From Antedon mediterranea (taxonomy: Eukaryota > Animalia > Echinodermata): a stretch of DNA of 64,000 nucleotides. The stretch spans positions 37,374,388 to 37,438,387 of the forward strand of contig NC_092670.1 in the NCBI RefSeq assembly GCF_964355755.1. Direction: 5' to 3'. A program made the translations under genes and the position numbers. This document shows, piece by piece, positions 61,417 to 64,000 of the stretch (the first letter of the stretch is position 1; every line of letters begins with the position of its first letter). The notes below the pieces were generated by a model. The model did not search any database, had not been told where the DNA came from, and saw nothing but the letters and a program-made list of their open reading frames with translations.

Positions 61417-63360
61417 ATGGGACCACGACAGGGTTTAGTCTACGTTAACTACCAGGATTTAAGAATATACCAGCAACGTACCGAGGGAGCTTTTAAACAA
61501 ATTGGTTCTAGCTCTGGGAAAATAATCTACTTGTCCGCATCGAGTCAAATGCTTTTAGGATTTAGCTGTATAACTCTTGGAGTACTGACGTTGGTCAGAT
61601 GTGAACAACCAGACATGCGTATTGGAATTTGGTCAGGAGTAATGGTCAGTCAATTTTATATTTATATTAAACAAACAAAATCCTATTAAAGACGTAGGCC
61701 TAGTATTGTCGAGAACATGAAAATATAGATAAACAAAACTTGTAGGTCCAGTTTTTAACAAAGTTATTCAATTTGCCAAATTTAAATTACGGTTTTTCAG
61801 TTTTCAATTCAGGTGGTTTTTTTTCGATCCAATTTTTAGTCAAAGTGAGCTATTGTATGACATTAAAATGGTCAACAATATTTGTTAAAAATTATTTGTT
61901 AAGAAGAAAATAGTTATAATTTGATTGTTTTTGATATTTAAACTTCTTATAGTATTTGCTTTGCGGTATAGTGGGCTTAGCCGCAGCAGGAAAAACCGAT
62001 TACACTGTTGTGAGTATTTTATTAATGAATTATAACATTGTTGCCGATACTAAATTCTAAAGAAATTGATAGATAAATAATTATGGCGTTATCTTTATTT
62101 TACCGTTAGGTTATGTGTTATTTGGTAGCGTCCGTTATGTCGCTATCAATTGCTATAACTGCGTTGTGTCTGGAGGGGCAGCGTCTAACACAGACGATGG
62201 TGGATGGAATTGTAAGTTTAGTTTTTTTTTACAGTATTGAAGTCGATAGATTATAAAGCTCCCATTTAAAATAGGATAATGTAATATAGAGAAATTAATT
62301 ACAACTCACCTCCCAAAGACTTGTAATAAGACTTTGTAGAGCATCTTGAGTATTGTTTGTCTTGTGAACCTCTGAGGATCCCTTAAGATCTGCAATTGCT
62401 GGATCATTAAATATGGTGTCACTAAAAAAATCATGCTTCAATCAATCTTATATAGCGCCAGTATCCATACAGTAATGTTCAGAGGCGCGTTCACTTGGAA
62501 CAACATATAATAGAGTAACTTTCTAGTAATATGCTGCTGCATATGTAGATTTACAGCTTTTAAACACAACTTACTGTGAGAATTATTTTTAGCCCTCATT
62601 CCATTACTTATTGAGAGGATTTGTTATCTGACAGTCGTTCATGCGATCAAAAAGGTCTCTCTCTCTCTCTCTCTCAATTCATTGAAATTCAGTGTCATCA
62701 TTGATAATTGGTACATTTCTTACAGACATTCGAATGTGTTGCGTACTCTTCTTCTCTACTCTCATTCAGTTCGGTAGAAACAACTACAGCAGTAACTGCA
62801 GTAATTATATCGTTCATAATGGGAAAGGGAACTCTATCGCAAATGTTACTACCGGTGACTATACTATTTTTGTTTTACTAAAAATTGTGATTAACAACAT
62901 ATGGAAAGAACAATAATAATATGATTAATGTATACAATTAGAAATATGGTTCTTTTCGCGAATCTTGTCAGTATCTTCATCAAATTATCTCGAATGTAAC
63001 AAACTTCCCATGTCATAGCTTGTAGGACCAAGCATAATATGCAGAGCAACCTCATGAAACTTTGTTTAGAAAAGGTTTGGAAAGGTTATATAGACACCCT
63101 GAGGTATTATTTCTTTCCAACATGAAGTACTCTGTAATCAGCTACCATCGCTATATAAATAGCAAATAACTTTCTATTACCAAGAGTACGAGAAAAGCCA
63201 AACTTACAATAACTTAATTTCTGCTTCATTTCAGGACTTACAAGTATATATAGATACGCCAGGTGATACGCCGACGGAAAAGGTTCCACCTGCGATGGCA
63301 AAAAAGGCTTTTGCTTTGAACCCGTCGAATGGAGGAAGTTACAGACAACCATTTTTATAG
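61417..63360 (+). CDS. MS4A/CD20-like four-transmembrane protein, ~213 aa
   Basis: Exons 61417-61644, 61953-62009, 62110-62211, 62726-62854, 63235-63360, all phase 0. QMLLG and GIWSGVMYLLCGIVG motifs; four hydrophobic segments. Confidence 0.75.
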
Positions 63361-64000
63361 AGAAAAAAAGCTTGAAAAATGGAAAACAGCACAACTTTAT
63401 AAGATAGACTGTAAATAATAATATATGCAGACTTTAAACCTTCTTGACAAACCAGTATTTGCTGAAATTCGTGAAATCGCCAATTAAAATCATTCCTTGC
63501 TGTGACGTAGCCTACTACTCTGTAGTGAATCTGCAGGTTGGCAAAATGACAGTAACAGTTTAAGATAATTGTTATGTTAGTAAAATTTTCCAGTGACAAA
63601 CTGTAGTAAAGTAGGCTGCTGGACTTTTTTAGGCTAGTGGGCATGTTATGAAATTGCAGCCCACTACTACTTTTTCTTTCTGGCATACAAATAAACCAGA
63701 GAGGTGTAAATTAACACAGATCGTAAACAGTTCCATTTTTAACACAAGCCAAAAATTTAAAGCGAACAACTTTCAAATTTGTACTGTTCTTATATGGAAA
63801 CTGATAATGATAGATTCCAATAAAAATAACTACTTTCTCTACTCTACATACAGTAGTAATAGTCATGAACATTCAAGTAAGTACTTAAGTTTTACATTTA
63901 CGTAAGCTAAAACTAGTTCACTGTCTACCAGCAAATCACGACGTGCAAAGAAAAAAATATAAAACAAAACGTGTCGAGGATAAATGTTTTAATGCAAAAT

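Overview
AT-rich, intron-containing animal genomic DNA (not prokaryotic); gene content and repeats suggest an invertebrate deuterostome such as an echinoderm (inference). Eight spliced genes were assembled by hand with consistent exon phases: a coiled-coil/GRIP-like protein (-), PTRHD1 (-) head-to-head with CENPO (+), NDUFAF8 (+), a 12-exon MBOAT1/2-type lysophospholipid acyltransferase (-) head-to-head with an activator E2F (+), a CABIT+SAM GAREM-like adaptor (-), and an MS4A/CD20-like four-pass membrane protein (+). Between and within them are many MITEs (Harbinger-, Kolobok-, MULE-, hAT- and P-like ends), a four-level transposon nest, an 8.4-kb satellite block built from palindromic units with a 1338-bp higher-order repeat, and a truncated LINE. 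Most notable: two minimal hammerhead ribozyme cores sense to gene 3' regions, a U12 AT-AC intron and a/b-type alternative first exons in E2F, two head-to-head gene pairs shared with human, 30-bp P-like micro-elements, and promoter-clustered TAGGCCTA insertions. All calls are by eye, without database searches.
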